DNA of 64,000 bases, from IMG/VR virus record IMGVR_UViG_3300042882_000899, positions 32,001 through 96,000 of that record. One strand, given 5' to 3'. The stretch comes from a virus. Position numbers and translations under genes: made by a program. Shown piece by piece: positions 46,534 to 56,700 of this stretch. Below the pieces are notes generated by a model. The model made no database searches. It saw only the letters and a program-made list of their open reading frames with translations, and was not told the origin of the DNA. Every line of letters begins with the position of its first letter. Positions within the stretch are counted from its first letter, which is position 1.

Positions 46534-47853
46534 ATGATCATAGAAAAGTCACATTGGTCCTCTAATGGAAATGCTATTAATTTATCAGTTCCATTTACAA
46601 AGGTCAATAGAGAAAAAAGAACAGTCTCAGGATTCGCTACACTAGATAACCTGGATCAGACTGGTGACGTCGTTACGCAAGAAGCTTCAATGAAAGCATT
46701 CGAAAGCTTCAGAGGAAATCTAAGAGAGATGCATCAGCCACTTGCAGTTGGCAAGGTTGCATCATTCCGTCCAGAAACTTTTTACGATCCAACAACAAAA
46801 GAATTTTACAACGGAGTTTACGTTGATGCATACATTTCAAAGGGCGCACAGGATACCTGGGAGAAAGTTCTAGATGGAACTCTAACTGGATTTTCAATCG
46901 GCGGAAAGATTCTTGAATCAGATAACGAAGTAAACAAATCAACTGGAGCATCTGTAAGATTTATTAAAGACTATGCACTAGTAGAACTATCAATCGTTGA
47001 TTCACCAGCAAATGAACTATGTAACATTTTATCTATTGAAAAAGTAAACGGACAAATGATTTTTAAAGGCATCGCAGCAGATGTCAAAATGGAAAATATT
47101 TTTTATTGTGCAGATAGCGATTCTGTTTTTATGTCAACAGAATCAGAATACTTGTCTCCAGTTACTGGAAAGAAAACAGAACTTATTGGATGGGTTGAAT
47201 CTAACGACGTAAACAAAGCAAAAGAAATAGAGAAGATTCTTGATTCACGTAGATCAAGATTGCAAACATTGCCTGACAACACAAATATAAATATGGCAAT
47301 TGCAGAAGGAGGAAATGAAGTGGAAAAGCTTAATGTAACAGAAGCAACTCCAGTAGTAGAAGAAGCAGTAGCTCCAGAAGCACCTGCAGAAATTATTGAA
47401 GAAGTTGCCCCAGTAGAACAAGAGTCTGCTGAAGTTGTAGCTGAAGAAACTTCTGCCGAAGTTCTGGAAAAATCAGCAGAACTAACAACTCAGGAATCAC
47501 CTGACTTTGTTAAAATGCTAGGCGACCTTAAGGGTTTCTTCTCAGAGACTTTGGAAAAGGCCTCTGAGGCAAACGCTGCTCAGGTTTCAACAATCAAGGA
47601 GACAGTCGAAGCTTTTAGCAAGAATGTCGATTTGAGAATTTCAGAATTAGCAGAAAAGCACACAGAACTCTCAACAGCAGTTGATTCAATCAAGTCCATA
47701 ATGGACACAGTTGAAAAAAGAGTAGACGCAGTAGAATCAGACACTGCAATCAAGAAGTCCTCTGACCTTGGCGGGTCAGCGGGAGTAACAACAATCAAAA
47801 AATCAAAATGGAACGGCACTTTCCTCGGTTCCGTTAGCGAATTAACAAAATAA
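46534..47853 (+). CDS. prohead protease fused to acidic scaffold domain
   Basis: V.GFA...D..GD, EMH, GFSIGG, ELS.VD.PAN; E/A-rich coiled C-terminus. Confidence 0.9.
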   Translation: MIIEKSHWSSNGNAINLSVPFTKVNREKRTVSGFATLDNLDQTGDVVTQEASMKAFESFRGNLREMHQPLAVGKVASFRPETFYDPTTKEFYNGVYVDAYISKGAQDTWEKVLDGTLTGFSIGGKILESDNEVNKSTGASVRFIKDYALVELSIVDSPANELCNILSIEKVNGQMIFKGIAADVKMENIFYCADSDSVFMSTESEYLSPVTGKKTELIGWVESNDVNKAKEIEKILDSRRSRLQTLPDNTNINMAIAEGGNEVEKLNVTEATPVVEEAVAPEAPAEIIEEVAPVEQESAEVVAEETSAEVLEKSAELTTQESPDFVKMLGDLKGFFSETLEKASEANAAQVSTIKETVEAFSKNVDLRISELAEKHTELSTAVDSIKSIMDTVEKRVDAVESDTAIKKSSDLGGSAGVTTIKKSKWNGTFLGSVSELTK

Positions 47854-47871
47854 GGGTATGGTGAAAAACTA

Positions 47872-48921
47872 ATGAGTAATGAACTATTAGCAAAAGCAGC
47901 TGAAGCAGGCACAACACTAACAGGTGGAATGACTGGCGCAGCAAACCCTACCGACGGAATTCACGTAGGTTCCGAGGGTAAGGGAGGCTTGCTCAATCCT
48001 GAGCAATCCGCAAGATTCCTTGATTACATGTTCGATGCAACAGTAATCGGTAAAGTAGCACGTACAGTTCGAATGAGAGCTGACACTACAGAGATTGATC
48101 GTATTGGCGTTGGCGAGAAGCTTATGAAGCTTGCAGCTGAAGCAGAGAACACTGGCTCAAATGCAGCCGTACAGTTCTCAAAGATTTCTCTCACAACAAA
48201 GAAGCTTCGTCTAGATTGGGAGCTTTCAACTGAGTCTCTAGAAGACAACATTGAAGGTGCAGATCTAGAAGATCACATTGCAAGACTTATGGCGACACAA
48301 GCTGGTAACGACCTTGAGGACGTAGTTCTTAACGGTAACACAGCTCTAACTGGAGATGCACTTTATAAGTCATTCGACGGTGTTGTTAAGATTGCAAAGG
48401 CAAACGGCCACGTAGTAGCTGGAGCGGGCGCAGTAATTTCCCGTGAAATCTTCAACAAGGCTCTTAAGGCAATGCCACGTAAGTACAAGCAGCGTCGTCC
48501 AGACCTACGCTTCCTTGCAGGCTCAAACCTAATTCAAGACTACTTGTACTCAACATCACAGAACATCCAGAACGTCAACCCACAAGATATTGCTTCAAGC
48601 ATTATCCGTGGTGACCAGGGTGGTCTAGGTGGTCCAGCAGGGTATGTAGCTCCATTCGCATTTGGTATTCCAATTGTTGAAGTTCCGCTACTAAAAGAAA
48701 CTCAGACTGGTTCATATGCAACACCAACAGGAGATCATGGAGACGTTCACTTGACATTCCCTAATAACGTAGTTATTGGTATCAAGCGTGACGTAACTGT
48801 TTACCGATTCTTCTGGCCAAAGAAGGACTCAATCGAATATACAATGTATACTCGTGTTGGAACCCAAATTGAGCAGGCAGATGCATGGGTAGTCGTTAAA
48901 GACGTTAAGGTTGCTTCTTAA
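47872..48921 (+). CDS. major capsid protein (HK97 fold)
   Basis: GG.L.PEQ..RF, LEDNIEG, DLE...LNG; gene order. Confidence 0.92.
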   Translation: MSNELLAKAAEAGTTLTGGMTGAANPTDGIHVGSEGKGGLLNPEQSARFLDYMFDATVIGKVARTVRMRADTTEIDRIGVGEKLMKLAAEAENTGSNAAVQFSKISLTTKKLRLDWELSTESLEDNIEGADLEDHIARLMATQAGNDLEDVVLNGNTALTGDALYKSFDGVVKIAKANGHVVAGAGAVISREIFNKALKAMPRKYKQRRPDLRFLAGSNLIQDYLYSTSQNIQNVNPQDIASSIIRGDQGGLGGPAGYVAPFAFGIPIVEVPLLKETQTGSYATPTGDHGDVHLTFPNNVVIGIKRDVTVYRFFWPKKDSIEYTMYTRVGTQIEQADAWVVVKDVKVAS

Positions 48922-48948
48922 TTAAATAAGAAATAACTTGCTGGAAAG

Positions 48949-48974
48949 GCCCCCAATTAATTTTGGGGGCTTTT
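48949..48974 (+). terminator. intrinsic terminator
   Basis: GCCCCCAA...TTGGGGGC followed by TTTT. Confidence 0.85.
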
Positions 48975-49024
48975 CATTTTAATTTTCTAGTGCTATAATT
49001 TATATACATACCAAAGGAGTATAT

Positions 49025-49423
49025 ATGTCATTTGACACACTTAAGGTCAAGGATCTAAAGACATTAGCAGCAAACTTTGCAGTTGATGTCGATGGACTAA
49101 AAAATAAAGCAGATGTAATTGCAGCACTTGCAGAAGAAGGGGTTACTTGGTCAGTTTATCAAGGAACACTAAAAAATATTGAAAGTGCAAAAGAAGATGC
49201 AGATGAGATTCTTCCTAGACTGGATCCAAATCAAAAACTTGATGAAGATATGATTCTAGTAAAGATGGATAGACCAAATGCTAGATACGATGCCCTAGGC
49301 TTCACATTTACAAGAGATCATCCATTTGTAGCAATGAAGCCCGATGTGGCTCAAGAAATTTTTGATAAGGAGGAAGGGTTTAGATTAGCTACCCCTAGAG
49401 AAGTACAGGAGTACTATAACTAA
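49025..49423 (+). CDS. head-associated protein with HeH/Rho-N-like N-terminus
   Basis: LKVKDLK.LA....V....KAD.IAAL. Confidence 0.6.
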   Translation: MSFDTLKVKDLKTLAANFAVDVDGLKNKADVIAALAEEGVTWSVYQGTLKNIESAKEDADEILPRLDPNQKLDEDMILVKMDRPNARYDALGFTFTRDHPFVAMKPDVAQEIFDKEEGFRLATPREVQEYYN

Positions 49424-49432
49424 GCCTAACAA

Positions 49433-50416
49433 ATGGCAGAGATATATGTAAACACAAGCACACCCGCAACAACAAAGATTTACGTGAAGGGTGAAGCTGT
49501 AACACCTAGCTCTCCAGTAACTGTCAAAGTTTATGACATAACTGGTGACCCAGTCATATCTCCACCAATTAATCCAGCATCAATACTTACAACTCTTACG
49601 GCGGAACAAAGCGAAGTCGATACAGGCTCTTACGTAGTTTATTTACCACTATCCTACACAGCAAGAACAAGAAAGTTTAAGCTAGTATGGGAATGGCAAT
49701 ATGAAAGTGTTGCATATTCTAACACTACAATGCTTGATATCGTAACTCCTTATGTGGATATGCAAGAGGCTGCACAAGAAATGGGATTAGGTTCAGATTC
49801 AAATGATCCAAACCATAAAACATATCAAGAACTTAAGCTTGCTGAAAGATATGCAAGAAATATAATTGATGGTTATACTGGTCAAAAGTTTTTCCTACAT
49901 GATGATTATTTTTCTTCAGTAGGAAATGATTCTGACACTATGCCTCTTACTAAAAAAGTAAATAGACTTCACACCCTTCACGCAAATGATCAGCTACTTG
50001 TTGATAATTTAAATGAAGTCAATAACCTTGGGCTTACCATAGATATCACTACAAGCGGTTTTGGGCTAAAGGTAAACATAGCATCTATTTTAGATAACGA
50101 TGTTTATATAGCTAACGGAATGGTGCCTCCGTCAATTCACGACTCTTCTCCAGATATATTTAGAAGGTCTAAGAATTATAAGGTCTACGCCAGATTTGGT
50201 TGGGAGTATGTTCCAAATGAGGTTCGTGATGCAGCTGTAGAAATAATGAAGATGTACTTTGCAAAGGATCGTGTTTGGAAAGACAGGTACGTTAAAAAGG
50301 TTTCCACAACAGATTGGGACTTTGAGTATTCTTCAGAAGCATTTAGCGGAACTGGCTCTTCATACGCAGACAAGCTACTTGCAGACTATGTAATAACACA
50401 AATGGTTCTGGTGTAA
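49433..50416 (+). CDS. head-tail adaptor
   Basis: A...ID.YTGQ.F; GW..VP..V..A; gene order. Confidence 0.75.
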   Translation: MAEIYVNTSTPATTKIYVKGEAVTPSSPVTVKVYDITGDPVISPPINPASILTTLTAEQSEVDTGSYVVYLPLSYTARTRKFKLVWEWQYESVAYSNTTMLDIVTPYVDMQEAAQEMGLGSDSNDPNHKTYQELKLAERYARNIIDGYTGQKFFLHDDYFSSVGNDSDTMPLTKKVNRLHTLHANDQLLVDNLNEVNNLGLTIDITTSGFGLKVNIASILDNDVYIANGMVPPSIHDSSPDIFRRSKNYKVYARFGWEYVPNEVRDAAVEIMKMYFAKDRVWKDRYVKKVSTTDWDFEYSSEAFSGTGSSYADKLLADYVITQMVLV

Positions 50417-50841
50417 TGTTTGATTTAGTAGATGGCCTTATGACCATGAAGATGGATGTGTATAGACAAACTGAGCAGCAGGATAAAGATACTGGGGCAA
50501 TGATAAGAGAGTTTTCTTTTATAAAAACAATTGATTGCTATGCTAGAGGAGTAATTACCGAAAGCAGAAACAGGTCTAATGATAGCCAGAAGTTTTCAAA
50601 TAAATATTCAAACAACCAATACATAGAGGCTAGAACATCTGACAGATTAACTGCAAGAGATAAGGTTAAGAATATCCGAGATGTAAATGGAAAGCCTATC
50701 TGGTATGAGCTAAACTATCCAAGCGATACAGATACAGTTTTTGATGTCGTAGGAACCACACCAATCTCAGACCCATTTGGAAATGTTGTAGGTTACAACT
50801 CTTCATTACAAAGAGCGGAGAATCAACAAATTGGCATCTGA
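50416..50841 (+). CDS. head closure/stopper protein
   Basis: Gene order and size. Confidence 0.6.
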   Translation: MFDLVDGLMTMKMDVYRQTEQQDKDTGAMIREFSFIKTIDCYARGVITESRNRSNDSQKFSNKYSNNQYIEARTSDRLTARDKVKNIRDVNGKPIWYELNYPSDTDTVFDVVGTTPISDPFGNVVGYNSSLQRAENQQIGI

Positions 50842-51622
50842 AGTTTTAGCAATTAAAGCAGCAAGCGGATTAGTTAACCTTATGGCTAATAAGCCAGTAA
50901 GTGGTGCAATAAGAGATAGTACAGTTGCACAAATATCTGCTGCATTGTTTTATAAAACAAATGTCATGGCCAAGCTTGCAGAAAATCCTCAATTTCAATC
51001 GGCATTTAGAAATGTAATCTTTGATCAACTTCAAGTTGATTTTGGAGACTATGTAGATGCTAAGGCAAGAACAGCACCTAAATCTTTTCACCATGTTTAT
51101 GAGTGGGGTAGAATAGGCGACGATCAGGCAAGATTATTTAAACTAAAGCAGCTCCCAGCCGATGGACTTTCTCTAAAAGTTAATTATGAACTAACGGACT
51201 CCAAATCTTTTGTTCCTTCTGAAAACTCTAACAATAAACATGTGTTTGTCAAGAAAGCTTCGATTATGGAAGAAGGCAAGACAGTAGTTATTGCCCCAAG
51301 GTTTTCTGAAAGACTCGTATTTGATATTGATGGATACACAATATTTATGCCAAAGGGAGAATCTGTTACTGTTAAAAAGCCAGGCGGAGCTGCAACTAAA
51401 AATGCATTCTTTGCACAATACAGATACTTCTTTACTGGGCAGCTAGTTAATATGTCTATAAAAAAATCGGGATTCCAAAGACTATTTAATTCATCATTGT
51501 CTAGAGCATTAGGTGTACCAGCACAAGTTAAATCAGTTAAATATAGCTTCTCTCCAAATCAATTGGCAAATGAAGCAGAAATTGCAACATCAGCAGCATT
51601 TGCGAGGTTAGTAAATGGCTAA
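50831..51622 (+). CDS. neck/tail-completion protein
   Basis: Gene order; HHVYEW motif. Confidence 0.55.
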   Translation: MASEVLAIKAASGLVNLMANKPVSGAIRDSTVAQISAALFYKTNVMAKLAENPQFQSAFRNVIFDQLQVDFGDYVDAKARTAPKSFHHVYEWGRIGDDQARLFKLKQLPADGLSLKVNYELTDSKSFVPSENSNNKHVFVKKASIMEEGKTVVIAPRFSERLVFDIDGYTIFMPKGESVTVKKPGGAATKNAFFAQYRYFFTGQLVNMSIKKSGFQRLFNSSLSRALGVPAQVKSVKYSFSPNQLANEAEIATSAAFARLVNG

Positions 51623-52124
51623 TTATAAACTAGATGCAATGTTTGAAATAAGAAAGTTCTTATGGAATAGACTTACATGGCTTGGCATATTTAATGAAGA
51701 AGATTATTATTCAGACAATCTAAATGAGACACTTGTACCGATTGTCCCAGTACAGCAACAGCCAGAAATGAATCAGTTCCTTAGCGGAAAGAAGCATATA
51801 GTCTATGACAAGGTTGGAATGTCATATGAGAACAACTGGATGATATGCTGCGAGCAGATCCTTCTTACCCTATATTCACCAGACTTGCTAGATATTGTTG
51901 AGATACGAAACTTCCTTACAGACGAATTTAGAAGAATGGATGAGTCTGCCAGAGATGTGAATAAATGGGCGGGGCTATCAGATAAATTCAAGTTCCATAG
52001 TATCCATATAGCAGATATATCATCTACAGCCCCATCAGAAGAAATACAGGGCTTCTATGCAGCAGATGTAATATTAGAAGTAAAGTATTCAAGAATAACA
52101 GATGGACAAGGCAGATTTTCCTAA
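51615..52124 (+). CDS. tail terminator protein
   Basis: Gene order, just before the tail tube. Confidence 0.6.
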   Translation: MANYKLDAMFEIRKFLWNRLTWLGIFNEEDYYSDNLNETLVPIVPVQQQPEMNQFLSGKKHIVYDKVGMSYENNWMICCEQILLTLYSPDLLDIVEIRNFLTDEFRRMDESARDVNKWAGLSDKFKFHSIHIADISSTAPSEEIQGFYAADVILEVKYSRITDGQGRFS

Positions 52125-52227
52125 TTTGCCTTTTATACCCTAGTAGAGTAAAATTAGACTAGAGGAAAGGGCCTAGCCAGCCACATATATATATATCAAT
52201 TTCATGAAATCAGGAGGCAATACAATT

Positions 52228-52989
52228 ATGGCATATCAAAATACAGGAGACGCCCGCAACATTCTTGTTGGAGCATCACCACTATTTTTGTCAGTAGAAG
52301 ATTCAACAGTTTCTGGTTATGATTCAAGCATGGATGCAGGCGAAGCAAACGCTTTTGTTGCATCAAAGAATCGTTTCGTACCAGCATTCTCATCGGGAGA
52401 GTCTTACACTACAACACTAAACAAGGTTCTAACAACAACAGGTGCTACACAGACAGCAACGCCTACAGAAAGCACACCAGCAATTGGTGGAGCTTACCGT
52501 AACGTTGGTTACACAAATAACGGTCTTCAGATCAGCTACCAGCCAACATTTGACTCGGTAACTGTAGATCAGTTGCTAGATACAGCTAAGCTGTTTAAGT
52601 CTGCGATGATGGTTCAAATTTCAACAGAAATGGCAGAAGGTACTCTAGAGAACGTTCTTGCAGTATTTGGTCAAAAGGGATCAACTCTTACATCATCAGG
52701 AACTGGCGCAACAGCAGTCGACACACTAGGTTTGGAAGCAGGTGCACTTGGTGCAGCTCCAACAGAGCGTCAGCTAATTGCAGTTGGACAGGCTCCAACT
52801 TCAGAAGCATCAGCAACTGAGCGTGTATACTATGCACGTCGTGTTTTGTCTGTTGAACAGTCACAGTTCTCTTTGGCTCGTACAGCAGCAACTACATTCC
52901 CAGTAACATTCCGCTTGCTACCATCAGGTGACGCAGCGCATGCTGGTTCAGAGTACGGTAAGATTATTGACCGTGTTCTAACAGTTTAA
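52228..52989 (+). CDS. major tail tube protein
   Basis: NILVGA, GYT..G....Y.P......VDQ, E.TLEN; AGGAGG SD before the ATG at 52228. Confidence 0.85.
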   Translation: MAYQNTGDARNILVGASPLFLSVEDSTVSGYDSSMDAGEANAFVASKNRFVPAFSSGESYTTTLNKVLTTTGATQTATPTESTPAIGGAYRNVGYTNNGLQISYQPTFDSVTVDQLLDTAKLFKSAMMVQISTEMAEGTLENVLAVFGQKGSTLTSSGTGATAVDTLGLEAGALGAAPTERQLIAVGQAPTSEASATERVYYARRVLSVEQSQFSLARTAATTFPVTFRLLPSGDAAHAGSEYGKIIDRVLTV

Positions 52990-53010
52990 TTATATTAATA
53001 ATTAATATCA

Positions 53011-53035
53011 AAGCCCCCAAGAAATTGGGGGCTTT
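53011..53035 (+). terminator. intrinsic terminator
   Basis: AAGCCCCCAA-GAAA-TTGGGGGCTTT. Confidence 0.85.
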
Positions 53036-53096
53036 GCTGTTGTACCCGTATAATGGTTATGCTATAATAATTTAGACGATCCTTAAGGAGGATAAA

Positions 53097-53429
53097 TTGG
53101 CAAGTACAGTATATGATGTAGAAGAGATTGAACTACAAAGCGGAGCTAAAGTAAAGCTCAAGCCATTATCAATCAAGCAACTACGAAAGTTTATGGAAGT
53201 AATTAAGAAAGTGCAAGACGCAGAAGACGAGACAGCAACACTCGGTATTCTTGTTGAGGCATGCGGAGTAGCACTAGAGACTCAGCTACCAGATCTCGTT
53301 GCAGATCTCGACAAGCTTGAAGATGCACTGGACGTTCCAACAATTAACAGAATCCTTGAAGTTTGCGGAGGAATTAAGATGGACGACCCAAACCTAATAG
53401 CGGCAGCGGTACTGGCTGGTCAGAACTAG
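53097..53429 (+). CDS. tail assembly chaperone (G-like)
   Basis: Position between tube and TMP; slippery site near its end. Confidence 0.8.
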   Translation: MASTVYDVEEIELQSGAKVKLKPLSIKQLRKFMEVIKKVQDAEDETATLGILVEACGVALETQLPDLVADLDKLEDALDVPTINRILEVCGGIKMDDPNLIAAAVLAGQN

Positions 53430-53767
53430 ATTTAGCCGCTTTAGAGGGACAAGTTTTTCTTTTAGGACATTGGAAGAATTACGAAGATTTAGAAGAAAAT
53501 TTATCAATGCCAGAATTGATTCAGACCCTAACAGCGATGAATCAAAAAGAACATAACCAGAGAAAGTTTGCAGCATCACTAAAAGGAATCCAATTAGATG
53601 ATGATGCAGAAGAAGAAAAAGAAAAAGGTTCTACCTTTGAAGATATCCAAAGAAGAGCTCTTGGGATTAAAGCATCAGCAGATGATGTTGTTAGTTTACA
53701 AGGACCCTTCGCAGCACAAGCTGGATTTGGAATTGGCGCAGGGTTAGGATACTCTAGGAGTAATTAG
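53387..53767 (+). CDS. tail assembly chaperone -1 frameshift extension (GT-like)
   Basis: C CCA AAC at 53387-53393; the -1 frame is open from there to 53767. Confidence 0.8.
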   Translation, partial: PKPNSGSGTGWSELDLAALEGQVFLLGHWKNYEDLEENLSMPELIQTLTAMNQKEHNQRKFAASLKGIQLDDDAEEEKEKGSTFEDIQRRALGIKASADDVVSLQGPFAAQAGFGIGAGLGYSRSN

Positions 53768-56700
53768 TGGCTGACGAACAAATTGTAACCTCCATAGTCG
53801 CCAAAGCCGACTTGTCTAGCCTTGTGTCTGAAGTACACAGGGCTAGTGCTAGTCTTCAGCAACTCCAAAGAGAATTACTTGCTTCCAACAAGGCAATTTC
53901 TTCTTCAACAAAATTAGCAAACAATTTATTTAGAGACACACTAACTGGAAGCGGACAATTCTCCAGCCACTTTGTAAACCTTAATTCAGATGTTGATAAG
54001 TTCGGTAAGAATTTAGATGCAGGCAGATTAAAGCTTAAAAACTATTTCCAAACTTTTAGAGAGCATGCTACTACTCAAAAGGGAATGATCAGAGAACTTG
54101 CCAAAGAGCAAGTTATGCTTCAAAACTCAGTCCTGCAACCTTTAGGCAGAAATGCTCAAGGTTTAATGCAGTACAACGTCATGATCCCAAGAGGATTAGA
54201 TGCTGTAAAGAATAGCGCACAGCTAGCTCGTATGGAACTGCAAATAATGAATCGTGCACTATCTGAAGGAGCAGGATCTTTAATTAACTGGGGTAAGAAT
54301 ACTCAGTGGGCAGGTCGTCAGCTTACAGTTGGTCTTACAGTACCATTAACAATGTTTGGTGCCGCAGCTTCAAAAGCTTTTAGAGAAGCAGACCAAGAGC
54401 TCGTAAGACTTACAAAGGTTTATGGTGGACTAGCAGCAACATCTGCAACAGATTTAAAAGCAATTAGAGAAGAAGTTATTCAGACAGCAAAGTCTTTATC
54501 TCAAACAATGGGTGCTTCTTTTAAAGATACAATTGCTTTAGGTGCAGATATTGCAGCAACTGGAAAGATGGGTAACGAGCTGCTTGGCTCAATAGAAGAA
54601 ACAACAAGACTATCTATTCTTGGTGAAGTAGACAGACAAGATGCAATGAAGGCTACACTTTCAATTCAAACAGCATTTAAGCAGAACACAGAACAACTTA
54701 CAGAATCAATTAACTTCCTTAACGCAGTTGAAAACCAGACATCTACAACTCTTAACGATTTAGTAGAAGCTATTCCAAAAGCTGGTCCAGTTATACAGCA
54801 ACTAGGCGGAAGCATTGAAGACCTAGCTCTCTATATGACAGCAATGAGAGAGGGTGGTATTAATGCATCTGAAGGAGCAAACGCATTAAAGTCAGGACTT
54901 GCTTCTTTAATTAACCCAACAAAGCAAACAGTTGGAATCATGTCAGACTTCGGTATAGATGTAATGGGAATGGTTGCCAAAAATACTGGAAACACAACTG
55001 GCATGTTGATGGATCTACAAACTGCTCTTAATAAGCTAGACCCATTGAGTAAAGCAAGAGCGCTAGAGCAAATGTTTGGAAAGTTCCAGTTTGCAAGAAT
55101 GAGCGCACTGCTCAATAACCTTGGAAAAGAAGGAAGCCAGACGCTTCAGGTTATGGATTTAATGAAAGCAAGTACTTCAGATTTGGCTGGTATTGCAGAG
55201 CGAGAATTAGGAATGATTACAGAATCTGCATCTGGTAAATACAGAAAGGCTATGGAAAGCCTAAAGGCAGAGCTAGCAAGCGTAGGAGAAGAGTTCCTCG
55301 GTATAGGAACTAAGATTCTAAATGCAGCATCAAAGATTCTGAATTTCTTTACTGAGTTGCCAACACCAATTAAAAAAGCTCTTACATTTATGGCAGGATT
55401 CACAGCATTAGTTGGTCCACTTATTATGTTAACTGGTGTGCTTGCAAACTTCTTCGGCTATATAACAAAGGGAATAGTCCAGCTTAGATCTTTCTTTATG
55501 AGAGCAAACGGATGGAAAATGCTCACCCCAGAAATTATTGCTGCTCAAAAAGCAGCAGAGATGGTTGAGAATGCGTTCTATTCAGATGCAGCAGCAGCTC
55601 AAGTTTTACACAACGCATTACAAAAGCTTGTTTTAGATTATCAAAACCTGCAAGCAGCTTCAATGAAAAATGCAGTTCCTGTAAACCCAGGAGTTAGCAC
55701 AGTTGATGGAAATGCAGTTGTTGCAGCTGGAAGAAGATTCGTAGACCCTAACGATCCGTATGTAGGAGATCCTAATACTAGAGCAATGTCTCACATTAGA
55801 CCAAGAGATATAAATAACCCAGCAACTATATTTGGCGGGGTACCAGGAGCTATTCCAGTTAATAGAGGAATATCAAGAACTCCACAAATGTACATGCATG
55901 ATAGACTTCCAAATATTGAAGGTCTAACAAGCGTTAAGGGGATATCCACAGGAATTGTTCCAGGAGAAGCAGCTAAGTTCCACGCATTAATGGCAACACT
56001 TGGAATGCAAACTGAGCAAGAAGTTGCTACATTAAAGAAGACTATTGCTATGGGCGGAACAGTAAGTAGAGAGCTATTAGATACATTTGATGACATACTT
56101 CCTATAACTCAAAGATTTGCAAATAGCGCAGCAGAGCAATCTGCATTAATTGTGCAACAAATGAGAAATGCTGAAATTACTGTAGACCAAGCAAAGGCAA
56201 GAATACTTGCACTAAATGCACAGATAGAAGCAGAAATGGGATCTGCTGTAAGTGCATATGCAGTAGGCAGAGGACGTACATTAGATTTAACAAAAGCTCC
56301 AATGATGAATCAACCAGTTGTTGATGCAAATGGACAATTTACATTAAGAGATTTATATAAGAAAGAATCCAACAGGGCAGTCATGGAAGAGTTTGGAAGA
56401 GTTCGTGGAGTAAGAACATTTGGAGCTCCTTACAGCATTCAGACAACAAGAATGCCTAAGTTCAATGATGGTGGAGGAGTTGAGTCCTTTGGTCCAGGAA
56501 AGACAATGGTATCTGGACCATCTTCAATTAACTATGACGACAGGCTTGGTAGCGTTCCAATCGGAGGTTATGTACTAAATCAGTCTGCTTCAATGGACCC
56601 AGCGAATGCCCCACTCGTTGAAATGGCTGCAGCTACATATGAAGACGGCGGAAAGATAACAGCAGCACTTACTCCACGGGAAGTAGTGTTTGGTCCTAAG

